Shown here: positions 53,425 through 64,000 of the stretch, in pieces | Numbering within the stretch: the stretch's first letter is position 1 | Layout: each line of letters starts with the position of its first letter | Source: Lingula anatina | Taxonomy: Eukaryota; Animalia; Brachiopoda | Direction of reading: 5' to 3' | DNA length: 64,000 nt | Assembly: GCA_051362555.1 (NCBI GenBank) | Contig: CM120640.1 | Span: 70,782,788-70,846,787 of the forward strand | The notes under the pieces: generated by a model | The model's database searches: none | What the model saw: the letters and a program-made list of their open reading frames with translations, nothing else | What the model was told of the DNA's origin: nothing | Made by a program: the position numbers and the translations under genes

Positions 53425-54829
53425 GCTTGAGCTGAGACACGAGGAAGCCCAGATGTAATATCATATGTGGTACTTACCTCATGGATCCACAGTTATCTTC
53501 AACCACTGAACAGATTTTATTAACGCTCGGTGACGGCAGCCGCGCTGTACAATAAAAGAGGCCAGTCTGCGGTATCTGGTGACACGCTAGCGCGCCTAAG
53601 CAGAGAAATAGGAACGCGTTTAAATTCTTTAGATAGCATAAAAGGATGACGTCGGTTTACATTAACTTTAAGTGTAAATTATACGCTTTTACTATGGAAA
53701 TGGATCTTAACAAGGGGTAGCTGTAAAAATGTAAAATATGAGCCTATAAATGTCGATTATTTGATAGGCTATAATTTGAGAATATTAATTTTAATTTATT
53801 TCTGCGTTACCATATGTACATGTACCCTCATATCTCTAACAAGATACTAACCCTCTTACAATGACTAAAATTCAATAAATTTTCCGGCTATAGGATTTCA
53901 TTTTTTTCTTCTTTTATACAGAACCGTTTAACCGTTTTTACTATACTTATTTATAATTCATCTGAACAAATTAATTTAATATAATGACGCGTGGTATTCA
54001 ATGTACCTAATTACTTTTCTTCAAGCGTGTATTTTTATTTCAGTGCAAAGAAAACTGTTTTTAAATATTTTCTTTGTAAAACTGGTAGATTGGCTGGACA
54101 ATAGAGTGAGAGAGAATAACAAATATGGAGAGCGAGTCTTTTTTCAAGTTTAAAAGACGGCCTATTCTACCCCAGAATCTCGTGCTATTTTTAACTTCGC
54201 TCGAGAAAAAAATATCCTAATCAAGAACCATTGCTCGGTCCGTCGATGTACTTTGATTTGCCTTTTTTTAAATACCATTTCAAATGAAATAAGCTAGTTC
54301 TGTGACCGTACATTAAGACCGCCAATTTTTTAGACATTAGGTATTTTTATTTGAGAGGTTTTACCATTTATAAGTTCGTCTGAATGATAAGGAAAAATAC
54401 CTAAGTAGCTTTGCAGTATTTTTCGACTAACATTTTCAAACGCATCACGTAGGCTATAAGGCCCCCACTTCCTCCGTGGCCCCGCCTACAGGTATGTGAC
54501 CGTAATCTTCTCCCACGCCCCAAAGACACCTGTACCTTTCACAGTCTCGTTTATCTTATAATACTTCCCTTTACAGGCTTACAGGAGGGGTTGCTTCCAA
54601 AACATTCCGCATCTAGCAGTGTTCATGATTTTAAAAAAATTGTTTTATTCTTTAACAACCCGATACAAATACATGTTTGAAAGACAAAAGAAGGACACCT
54701 TCTTTAATACTTTGGATTGGAACGATGTCAATCCACCTTGTGTTTTATACAATGCAATACAATTTATAATTTATAAATATATCTAGTACCACATAAGAGG
54801 ACAAACTGAAAACATGAGACAAACATTTT

Positions 54830-55969
54830 CTACAATGTGTAATCGTAATAATAGGAGGCATTTTCCCATTGTCTGACATTGTATAAGATATAGTCATCGT
54901 CGTAGTCGTACCATTCTATCAATAATTCCTTTGTTGGGCATTTTTTAGGTTTACGTTCGCTGTTAACTCTTTTCCAAACATTTTTGATGAAATTTTTGAC
55001 AGAACTATCATGGGCAGTAATGAGAAAACGAAACCTGCAGTCGCTATAAGCGAACCAGCTGGAACTGAACCCGATGTAGTCGGTTGGATATATCCTCGTT
55101 TTGTTTGCACATATACCGACAAAGACGTCTTCCATTCTGAAAAACGGCGTTGTTTTTGAGGTTTCATAGATGGATTTCGCTGCTCTACCGGACAACACGT
55201 AGGCTCCCCCCGAACAGTATGGCGGGTAGTCCTCATCCGGGTACTCCTCTACTGGAACTACCCATTTCTTCTCCGAAACATATTCTGCTACCCGAACTGG
55301 ATGGAGGTTGCCATTTATACTACCTGCATAAAGCAGTTCTTGGTCCTGTGGTGTGAGATCCTTCAGATACTGGACTAAAAGCATGTAATTCACAAACATG
55401 TCGTCGTCTGTTTTCATCACAAATTTGGCTCTGGGACAAAATGTCGACGCCCACCTCAGTCCCATCACAGTTTTCACTGTCAAGTTATCGTAAGAGTCGC
55501 GGAAATCAATTTGTACCAGGTCACCATACTGTGCCTGCTCTTCTTGTAGTTTCTGTTGGGTGTTTGTGTTATTGCTCCCCCCAAGAATGTAAACTGTTCT
55601 GATTTCTGTTCCATTAACGGTTTTAGGACTCCCCCATGTAGTTCTGACTAGGTGACGTCTTTTAAATCCATCGGGCCTCGAAAGGACCAAAACTATCAAA
55701 AACAAATCTCTTACGTTAGATTTTGCGCACACCTTTTCAATATTCATTAAGTATTGGTAAGGTCTTGTGTGTATCCACAGTCTGTTTTCTCCGAAATTCA
55801 AGTGATCTTCTGTTTTGTTGGTGCTTTGAAAAACCGTAAGGCCAATGCGTCTCTGAGTAATACCCGTGTGGTCAACGTGGTGAGTAAGATACACCAGTAT
55901 AATAGTAAACAGTACAGCAATCCCAATTAATGTAAAAAGACGCAACAATCTGGACTTTCGACAATGCAT
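54830..55969 (-). CDS. Beta-1,3-galactosyltransferase 1-like (GT31), type II membrane protein, 379 aa
   Basis: Single-exon ORF with N-terminal TM; motifs RRHLVRTTWG, EQAQYGDLVQIDFRDSYDNLTVKTVMGL, FVMKTDDDMFVN, YPPYCSGGAYVLS, EDVFVG. Confidence 0.93.
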   Translation of the reverse strand: MHCRKSRLLRLFTLIGIAVLFTIILVYLTHHVDHTGITQRRIGLTVFQSTNKTEDHLNFGENRLWIHTRPYQYLMNIEKVCAKSNVRDLFLIVLVLSRPDGFKRRHLVRTTWGSPKTVNGTEIRTVYILGGSNNTNTQQKLQEEQAQYGDLVQIDFRDSYDNLTVKTVMGLRWASTFCPRAKFVMKTDDDMFVNYMLLVQYLKDLTPQDQELLYAGSINGNLHPVRVAEYVSEKKWVVPVEEYPDEDYPPYCSGGAYVLSGRAAKSIYETSKTTPFFRMEDVFVGICANKTRIYPTDYIGFSSSWFAYSDCRFRFLITAHDSSVKNFIKNVWKRVNSERKPKKCPTKELLIEWYDYDDDYILYNVRQWENASYYYDYTL

Positions 55970-56625
55970 GTTGATAAGAATCCTAAAAATGAATTAATTT
56001 TCAAAGCCCCTTGAAAAGTAGGCTTCTCCATTTAGACGCTAATGACACCCACCTTAAGCTGTACAGTAGGCCTATATAACAACTTAATACAGTGCTTAAC
56101 GCCATGCTCACCTGTTGCTCTCTCAGACACCGTATACACACATGCACGTGAACTGCGACCAACAGGATTTACGAAAGTCACTGGTGTTTGACGCAGTTGT
56201 ATAAAAATAGAAAGAAATTTGATCATTATGTATATTCTCTATAGAGCATAGAATATGACGGCGTCAAGTGATGAGAACAGCCAAGTCCGACTAAACTGTT
56301 TCCGTCAAGTTAACTGTTTTTCAACGACCAAAACAAATCTGACCATGCTCTCATTAATACCGTATTATCCAGAGTATAAAAGAAATTAATTAAATTAAAG
56401 GTATATGAAAATCCGGGATTGAATCTTACCCGGTTCCGTCATGTAAAATCATTATGATGCTGTTATACACGCAGTGTGAGTTTGACAGGTGACAGAAGTT
56501 GGGGGAGGGAGAGGATTACGCTGTTTCACTGATAGTGATAAACATCAAAACACCATTTCTTACTATGGTTGGAGTGAGTGATTTGACTAAGGTGGCACCA
56601 AACGGTAATTTTCCAAGCAGTGTCA

Positions 56626-57723
56626 ATGATTAGCAGAAGGCAATCGTCGTCATTGTTTTTAGGTTTCAATTTTGCTTGTTTACTTGTAATAACATTTGTA
56701 TTGGTATACCTCTTCAGGCTACATGACCGATCCCAACAATATAAGACAGTCATTAGTGCCGTCAGACGATCAAGAGACTGGATCCACACCAAGAATTATC
56801 AATACTTATTAAATAACAAAGAGGTGTGCAAAAGAGAGACAAAAGGAGACCTGTTTTTGATAGTTCTGATCAACTCAAAACCTACCGGGATTAAGAGACG
56901 CCGTCTTATCAGAAGAACGTGGGGGAGTACAAAAACTGTTAATGGAACAGAAATCAGAACGGTTTACATCATGGGGCGGAGCAATGACACAAACACCCAA
57001 CGGAAACTTCAAGAAGAGCAGGCACAGTATGGTGACCTGGTACAAATTGATTTCCACGACTCTTACGATAACTTGACAGTGAAAACTGTGATGGGACTGA
57101 GGTGGGCGTCGACATTTTGTCGCAGAGCAAAATTTGTAATGAAAACAGACGACGACATGTTTGTGAATTACATGAATTTAGTCAAATACTTGAAGGCGCT
57201 CCCACTTCAAAAACAGAAAATGCTTTATGTTGGCAACAGTGAACGCGATCTCACGCCAATTCGAAAAGGGAAGTTGAAAAAAGCGGCGAAGTGGGAGATA
57301 TCGCTGGAGGAATATGCAGGAGACAAGTATCCTCCATATTGTTCTGGGTCAGGATTTGTTTTGTCAATGCCAGCAACAAAAACAATTTACCAAACATCGA
57401 AGACGACGAGATTCTTTCGTATGGAGGATGTTTTTATCGGTATATGTGCAAACAAAAGTGGAGTACCCGCTAGTCATTACATAGGGTTCGGTGCCTACTG
57501 GTATGCCTACAGCGACTGTAGATTTCGATTTCTCATCACTGTCCATCGTCTATCTGCTTCAGAAATGACAAAATATTGGAGAAGAGTAAATCACCCGCAT
57601 CATCCGAGGAAATGTCCAACGAAGGAGTTATTGATAGAGTGGTATGACTACGATGATGAAGACATATTAAATGATGTCATACAGAGTGAAAACGCTAGCT
57701 ATTATTACGAATACGTCTTATAA
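56626..57723 (+). CDS. Beta-1,3-galactosyltransferase 1-like (GT31), inverted paralog, 365 aa
   Basis: Same GT31 motifs. The ATG at 56626 follows a splice acceptor, so the GTG start in the ORF track is unlikely. Confidence 0.93.
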   Translation: MISRRQSSSLFLGFNFACLLVITFVLVYLFRLHDRSQQYKTVISAVRRSRDWIHTKNYQYLLNNKEVCKRETKGDLFLIVLINSKPTGIKRRRLIRRTWGSTKTVNGTEIRTVYIMGRSNDTNTQRKLQEEQAQYGDLVQIDFHDSYDNLTVKTVMGLRWASTFCRRAKFVMKTDDDMFVNYMNLVKYLKALPLQKQKMLYVGNSERDLTPIRKGKLKKAAKWEISLEEYAGDKYPPYCSGSGFVLSMPATKTIYQTSKTTRFFRMEDVFIGICANKSGVPASHYIGFGAYWYAYSDCRFRFLITVHRLSASEMTKYWRRVNHPHHPRKCPTKELLIEWYDYDDEDILNDVIQSENASYYYEYVL

Positions 57724-58054
57724 TATGCAAAACCATTCCCCCGTGATTTGCACTTTCTAAAAGTGCACCTTTCTGTGAGAAGCAGCAACAAGTTTAGAGG
57801 CGCGGGAAAGTATGGTGAAAGAGCAAATCCGCTGCTCCGGCTCCAGATCTGACAGCTCAACATTTAAACTTCGTTGACGTGGAGCGCATTAATATAGAGT
57901 GAATTACTATGCGTACAGTACTTATTTGACGTAGGTGCAAATCACGTTTTTACTTGATTTTGTTTTAAAAATGTATTTAAAACATTTGAATCAGAGAGCT
58001 AGACAGGAGTCACTGCAGCTCTACTTAATGATTAAAAAATTTGTTAAAAGTTAT

Positions 58055-61000
58055 TGTTGTAAAGCAAATTACTTACACTTTCACTAATTACAGATAGCAA
58101 TTAAAGCGGAATCAAAAGAGTAAAAAGACAAAGAGTTATTGAGTGTAAGTTAAGTTTCTCCAAGAGTCAACAAGTGTAGAACATGTTTTTAGTGTCAGAA
58201 AAAGATGGAAAAGGTCAAAGTCAGTAACAGTTAATGTGATTGGTTAATTTCATAACATAAAATAATTTTGATCATCTATTTATCACATGATAACTGAGTT
58301 TTGGATAAGGTCCAAATATGAGTAATCCAAATAATATTTTAGATATCTTTAATTGAAAACAAGTTTCTTAGGGATTACCTAATAAGGAAATGTTGCATAG
58401 TGACTTGCAACATGAGAATGGAAAATATTTTGTAATCACGCAAAGACAATGGAAAAGAAAACAAGTAAATGCGTGATCAGTACGGAGAAATTGAGTATAA
58501 ATATTTGTGAAGTTGTAAGAAGCAAGAGTCGGTGAATAAACGTTCGAAAGCTTCAAACTGCTGTCGTTATTCATCACTATAACAAGTGGTGGAGGAAAAA
58601 TCGATCCCCGCTCTACCGAGGCAAGTGGAACGGCGATACAGTTATGGTGATGACGGCGGCAGGAGCGTAGACACCGATGGGTTCACACCATCCACCCAGG
58701 GGCAAACATCGTCAATGTCCTATAGAAATGTCATATTGACATTAGACAGCACAGCTATATCCATTAAATTTGGTTTGTTGCATATTTCTGTTCACCATGT
58801 ATATTTTCAACATGAAACACAATGATTTATTTAGTGAACCTTTAAATTCAGAATCAGCTCTTCTTCAGTTATATTAACAATTTTTTTTCTCATTTTCTTG
58901 CCAAAGATATGTTATCATTTGAGATTGCTAAACATGGCTCAAACAACAAGAGACAATTAAGAGCAAACCAATACTTGTATGGCAGATGCTATTCTAGCAG
59001 ACGAAATATTCCTACAGATGATTCACCTCAAATATTTATTCGGGATACAGAGCTTATTGCTCGTGATGAAATTTGGTCTGTTTATCAAGGTCAGGTAATT
59101 GGCACTAATAGTGGCTTTACTTAAAAAAGTATACGTAAACGATATAGTGCTTACTTTACCGTAGTGATCATAAAATTTCGCAACAAAATCAATTAATAAG
59201 CCGAAGGAACTTATGACCACAGATTCATTCTTATTACAAAATGAAGTAATAACTATAATAATTTCGACAAGTTCATTTAAGTTTTTGTATCTACAGACTA
59301 CATCTGTCAAAACATTGACATGGCTTGACAATTATAAACATTATGATAAACAAAAACGTTATTTTGGAACGAGTTATCCCATTGTCACTTTTCACAGCTT
59401 TTAAACCCAGAAAATTATTCAAGAACAAATATTGTACATTTTTGCGCATTAAACATGATTGTGCACTTTTCTATATTCAGTTCGAACCATTTGATCACAA
59501 TGCAGATTAATTTCAATCCAAAGTGAATTTGACTTGACTTGCTACACGTGTCTTAAATAAACATAAGGCATTAATCTTTGCGAGTGAACTTTTGGTATAA
59601 GAAGTGTGTGTATGATCACAACATATTAATGACTTTATGATTCATTCTTATTGTTACTTCAATAATTTCAGACATTTCAGATTATTATTATTGAGAGTGT
59701 GCGAGATGCACGGAATTAACATGACACTTGTAAGTCTTGACAAATATTATGATTTTTTTAATCAATATGTACTATCATATATAATGATGAGCATTTTATT
59801 GTGTGTTAACCATGATCATTTGTTAACATGCTTTATTTTAATTACTTTACAATGTAACTGCATGTTAAAAACATATTACATATTGATCTTATGATTGTTG
59901 GTTATCAATATTTGAACAGCTGATTATTGTTATATAAAAAGTGTATTTGGTTTTTAATATTGATGACATGAAACTGATGATATGCATTAAGGAAGATCCT
60001 CACATTTTGCGACTTAATTATTTATCGGTATAATTTTATAAAAATTCGTGGATTGAATTTGATATGATCAAGTGTTTCTCTTATAGTCATCACAGAGGAG
60101 AGCTACAATGTGGACAAATATGAAGATGAATATGTACTTCATCATGAACGATGCGCGGGTCGCAACGTTGTGGTGATTGCTGTTCATTGGACAGGGAGTA
60201 GCTAACCCTATTGTCTTACGTAGCACATTCCTACTATGTTTTAATGACAACCGAAAGAGAAAACTGTATAATAAAGTGTTTCACAGCCATAATAAGAGAT
60301 TCAAATTAATATTTTTGGTTTCATGTCGAATGTGTTTTTAATTTTAAGTATACGTAACTTATATAGAATTACTTTTCTTAGTTATATTTTTGCTTGACTT
60401 TATGATAGACATGAAGTGTTTAACGAAAGTTATCATTAATTGTATTATTGTTTTATTTTATTTTGCAGAAATTGATGAACTTGCGTATAACATTTAAATT
60501 GATTACATATATGTGACCTTATCATTTAAGTTTTTTTTTGAAAATTTAAGTATTTTATGTTATTTAGTATTTGCTTTGCTTTAGAAAAAATGAAAAAGGA
60601 GCGTATGTTGTAAAGTTTTAGAATTCGAGGACGAATTCTTTTGAAGAAGGGGTGTATGTTGTAAAGCAAATTACTTACACTTTCACTAATTACAGATAGC
60701 AATTAAAGCGGAATCAAAAGAGTAAAAAGACAAAGAGTTATTGAGTGTAAGTTAAGTTTCTCCAAGAGTCAACAAGTGTAGAACATGTTTTTAGTGTCAG
60801 AAAAAGATGGAAAAGGTCAAAGTCAGTAACAGTTAATGTGATTGGTTAATTTCATTACATAAAATAATTTTGATCATCTATTTATCACATGATAACTGAG
60901 TTTTGGATAAGGTCCAAATATGAGTAATCCAAATAATATTTTAGATATCTTTAATTGAAAACAAGTTTCTTAGGGATTACCTAATAAGGAAATGCTGCAT

Positions 61001-61186
61001 AGTGACTTGCAACATGAGAATGGAAAATATTTTGTAATCACGCAAAGACAATGGAAAAGAAAACAAGTAAATGCGTGATCAGTACGGAGAAATTGAGTAT
61101 AAATATTTGTGAAGTTGTAAGAAGCAAGAGTCGGTGAATAAACGTTCGAAAGCTTCAAACTGCTGTCGTTATTCATCACTATAACA
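58055..61186 (+). mobile_element. Non-autonomous LTR retroelement (Gypsy-type signals; LARD/TRIM-like), recent insertion
   Basis: 530-bp LTRs at 58055-58584 and 60657-61186 (TG..CA, 2 mismatches seen); 4-bp TSD TTAT; PBS TGGTGGAGG (tRNA-Ala-like) at 58587; PPT GAAGAAGGGG before the 3' LTR; no gag/pol ORF in the ~2.07-kb interior. Confidence 0.92.
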
Positions 61187-61965
61187 TTATGTTGTGAATG
61201 TTTTGAATAAAACTGTATAAAAATGGGCAGAAGTAGTCTGATATCCATTTTAGTGTCAAACTTTCATCCTTGTCCATGAAAACCTAGGAGAGTAGATATG
61301 GAAAACACAGTTTTTTACGCGATTCATTAATTCATAGCCCAAAAGAGTTATTTAAATGGCTATCTTAAAAGTTTGAGCTAAGAAAAGCCAGAATTTTATC
61401 GTGTGTTAAAATAAGGGAATATGTATTATAGCACATTGCTGTCAATTAGGTTTAATTACATTTTAAAAATTCGAGTTAATAATTCAATATTTGTTGAGTT
61501 ATTAAGTCAAGATTCCTTGGTACTGACCCAGTAACTCGAAATTTCGAAATGAAAATAAAGCGATTAAATTGGCAAGAGCACGCTTTCGTAGATTGTGTTT
61601 TGCAGCATGTTAAATTTATCCAAAGAAATATTCGATTAGTTAGAAAAGCACACATTGCACACCCAGACAACTGACAACACATGAAGCAAGGAACAGAAAT
61701 GTCCTAATTTTTTAACCAAACTAATTGTCAGGCAAGAACTTAACTTTTCTCCTCTTTTTCATTTCCTATCATGCTGGCTTCACATCGAACTGGCAAACAA
61801 GCTGTGATATGATGGAGACGAAAGTTACAGTTCAAGTGTTATCTCTTTAAGTAAACTACACAGTGTCTGGAAACGCGGCTAAGGTACATCAGTTGATCCA
61901 CGCAAGGTCTACACAGTTAAATATAACAGTTTATCGCCATAATCTTTACAGTGTCCAACACCACG

Positions 61966-63758
61966 ATGCTGTCTACATGTATATTTCTTATTCTAACTGC
62001 TGTTGCCATTACAGCAGCGACATCAATTTTACAACACCATGCCAATGTCAATAACGATATCTTGATGAAATTGGTCGAACGACTCGACAGACAAGAGAAA
62101 GAGATAGAATCCCTGAAAAGGCTGGAGTTTGAGGTTGCTAAGGTCCGACAGGAAAACAAACAACTGAGGGTATTTTTTTACTTTGGATTTTTGTCTTTTT
62201 ACATTGTGTATCATATGTAACCATTATGTGGACTTGGGTTTTCTTTGCGCGACCTTACGTAAATCTGACACGAACCGTGGAATATTTAGCTTGCGTTATC
62301 CACTAAGTTAGTCTTAAACGTAATGTCCTATTTCGAGCCCACGCTTGAATTAAGCGTACAAAATTATATAAGTTTAAGACATTCGTCATATATGTATATG
62401 AAAAGGTTCATTACAAATATGTTTTAGCGGGAAACGCCATATCGTGTCACCATCGCGCAGGGCAACGACTGTTACTTTTATATCTGGCATCGCGGAGTTA
62501 TAATTGGAATCAGTTTATTCCGAACATTGTAATAAAAATCCACCTTCAGAATAACGATCGTGTTCTTCATTTCCACCTTAATATAGTCTGACATCGTGAA
62601 CATCCAACTGAAGCTAGAGGCACAAACAGTCTCAACTGCCGCGAAATACGCAACAAACCTTCACGGTGGAAGCCATTTCATTTCCAAGAGTCAAACACAG
62701 CAGGAAAGCTGTAAGAATTTTGTTTTTTTTTCTGCCATTACCCTGAAATGTTAAAATAAGATATTGGTAAGCCCCAGAGGGGGTCACGTATTGTAGCACA
62801 ATAAATTTAGCTAAAGGGGCTAAACGCCAGAGTTCTTGGAACCGGCATATGTAGCTGATGGTTTCTCCATGATAAAACCCCGTGCACTTCATACCTTAAA
62901 CCAGAGCGATGTCTCGTGTTTTAGCGGTGAGATCAGGCAGGTCAGAGTGTAAGCAGGGACCCCAGGGACCCCCAGGGAGAGATGGCAGGGATGGAAAGGA
63001 CGGTAAAGATGGGAAGGACGGTAGAGACGGAATTCAGGTAAATAAAAGCTAAACAGGCGTGTAAGTCGTAGATAAGATGTTTTTTCCTACCTCTTTCTTC
63101 TTCTGTACTTGAAAAAATGAGCAATTTTTGCTGCAGGTTTTACGAGATCCAAACCTTATGCTTGTTACTGTAGTAATAATGGTAGGTAGTAATACATAAT
63201 TACATGCATAACTTTTAAGTATTTAGTGAAAGCTGCAGTGACATCATACATGACCAATATAATAATAATATATAAATGCAATACTTATCTCTTGAGTGAG
63301 CAGTTTTATTTCCATTTGATAAATAAAACTTCTTATTTATTCACAGCAACCAGTTATAACATTAGACAGTGTGAAGGAATTCATGAGGCTGTTTGGATAT
63401 AAGACACCTTTAAAAGCTAACAGTAGGCCTGCTTTTTTTAAATATTAAAATATTGCTAACAGTTTAATATTAAATATAATTCAGCAAGAATTTTTATGTG
63501 AATATTTTGTGTATTTTTCTCAGCATGAATGGTGCAATTTCTGTACAAAGTAACACCCATTTAGGAAAATTTTACTTTATAAAACTCCCAACATAACATA
63601 AGACATCGAGACCACAAAGAATGAGCTAGTAACTATGCTGAAATCTACTTTTTATCAAAAATATTTTTTTAGTTGGCAACTCATCAGGGATCAGTCCTCA
63701 GGGACCACAGGGATTGTCTGGGGGATTTATGGGGGGAGATGGCAAAGGTGGAATACAG
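61966..63758 (+). CDS. Secreted coiled-coil plus short collagen-repeat protein (short-chain-collagen-like); 3' end uncertain or beyond the window
   Basis: Exons 61966-62169 (signal peptide MLSTCIFLILTAVAITAA plus coiled coil), 62587-62710, 62925-63037 (ECKQGPQGPPGRDGRDGKDGKDGKDGRDGIQ), 63347-63422 and 63673-63758 (PQGPQGLSGG..GDGKGGIQ) are phase-compatible. Confidence 0.7.
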
Positions 63759-64000
63759 GTAAGGCATGGCATGGCTGGTAGCTTAAAAGTGCAATAATAT
63801 GGTGGAAATTACATGAAAGTGCCACTATATGTTCATAAAAAAAAATGAAATACTTAAAACATCAAAAATTGGAAGTGAATAATCTGAGCATGAGGGCAAT
63901 AAATGTACATAAAAGTAGCCATTTTACCCTTTCAGACTTCTTATGCCATGGAAAAGCCTCACATTTCATAAGTAAAATTTTCCATAAGATGAACTTTTGA

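Noticed and set aside
61449-61460. GGTTTAATTAC resembling a nematode SL1 leader
   Set aside because: Only 11 nt match in AT-rich DNA; the rest of the leader and the Sm site are missing.
62925-63758. Mutually exclusive collagen exons
   Set aside because: An intervening phase 0-to-1 exon (63347-63422) lets both be included in frame.

Overview
Eukaryotic, AT-rich, intron-rich animal genomic DNA; the repeat types and gene set suggest a marine invertebrate such as a mollusc or other lophotrochozoan (inference). Gene order: two tandem CNBD2-like cyclic-nucleotide-binding genes (-), MZT1 (-) head-to-head with BORA (+), a strongly divergent 9-exon forkhead gene (+), ACAA2 (-), FLAD1 (-), a head-to-head pair of GT31 beta-1,3-galactosyltransferase genes, and the 5' part of a secreted coiled-coil/collagen-repeat gene (+). 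Mobile DNA includes an Academ-like foldback element nested in a Kolobok-like MITE, Harbinger, hAT and other MITEs, a Helentron-associated (HINE-like) element with a 146-bp tandem array rich in DR1 motifs inside ACAA2, and a young non-autonomous LTR element lacking gag/pol. The best leads are the orphan Fox gene with an altered recognition helix, the conserved MZT1-BORA bidirectional unit, the DR1 array in a beta-oxidation gene, the LTR element with possible spliced cargo, and local gene-conversion tracts. All exon models were read by eye, so boundaries may be off by a few bases; no database searches were run.
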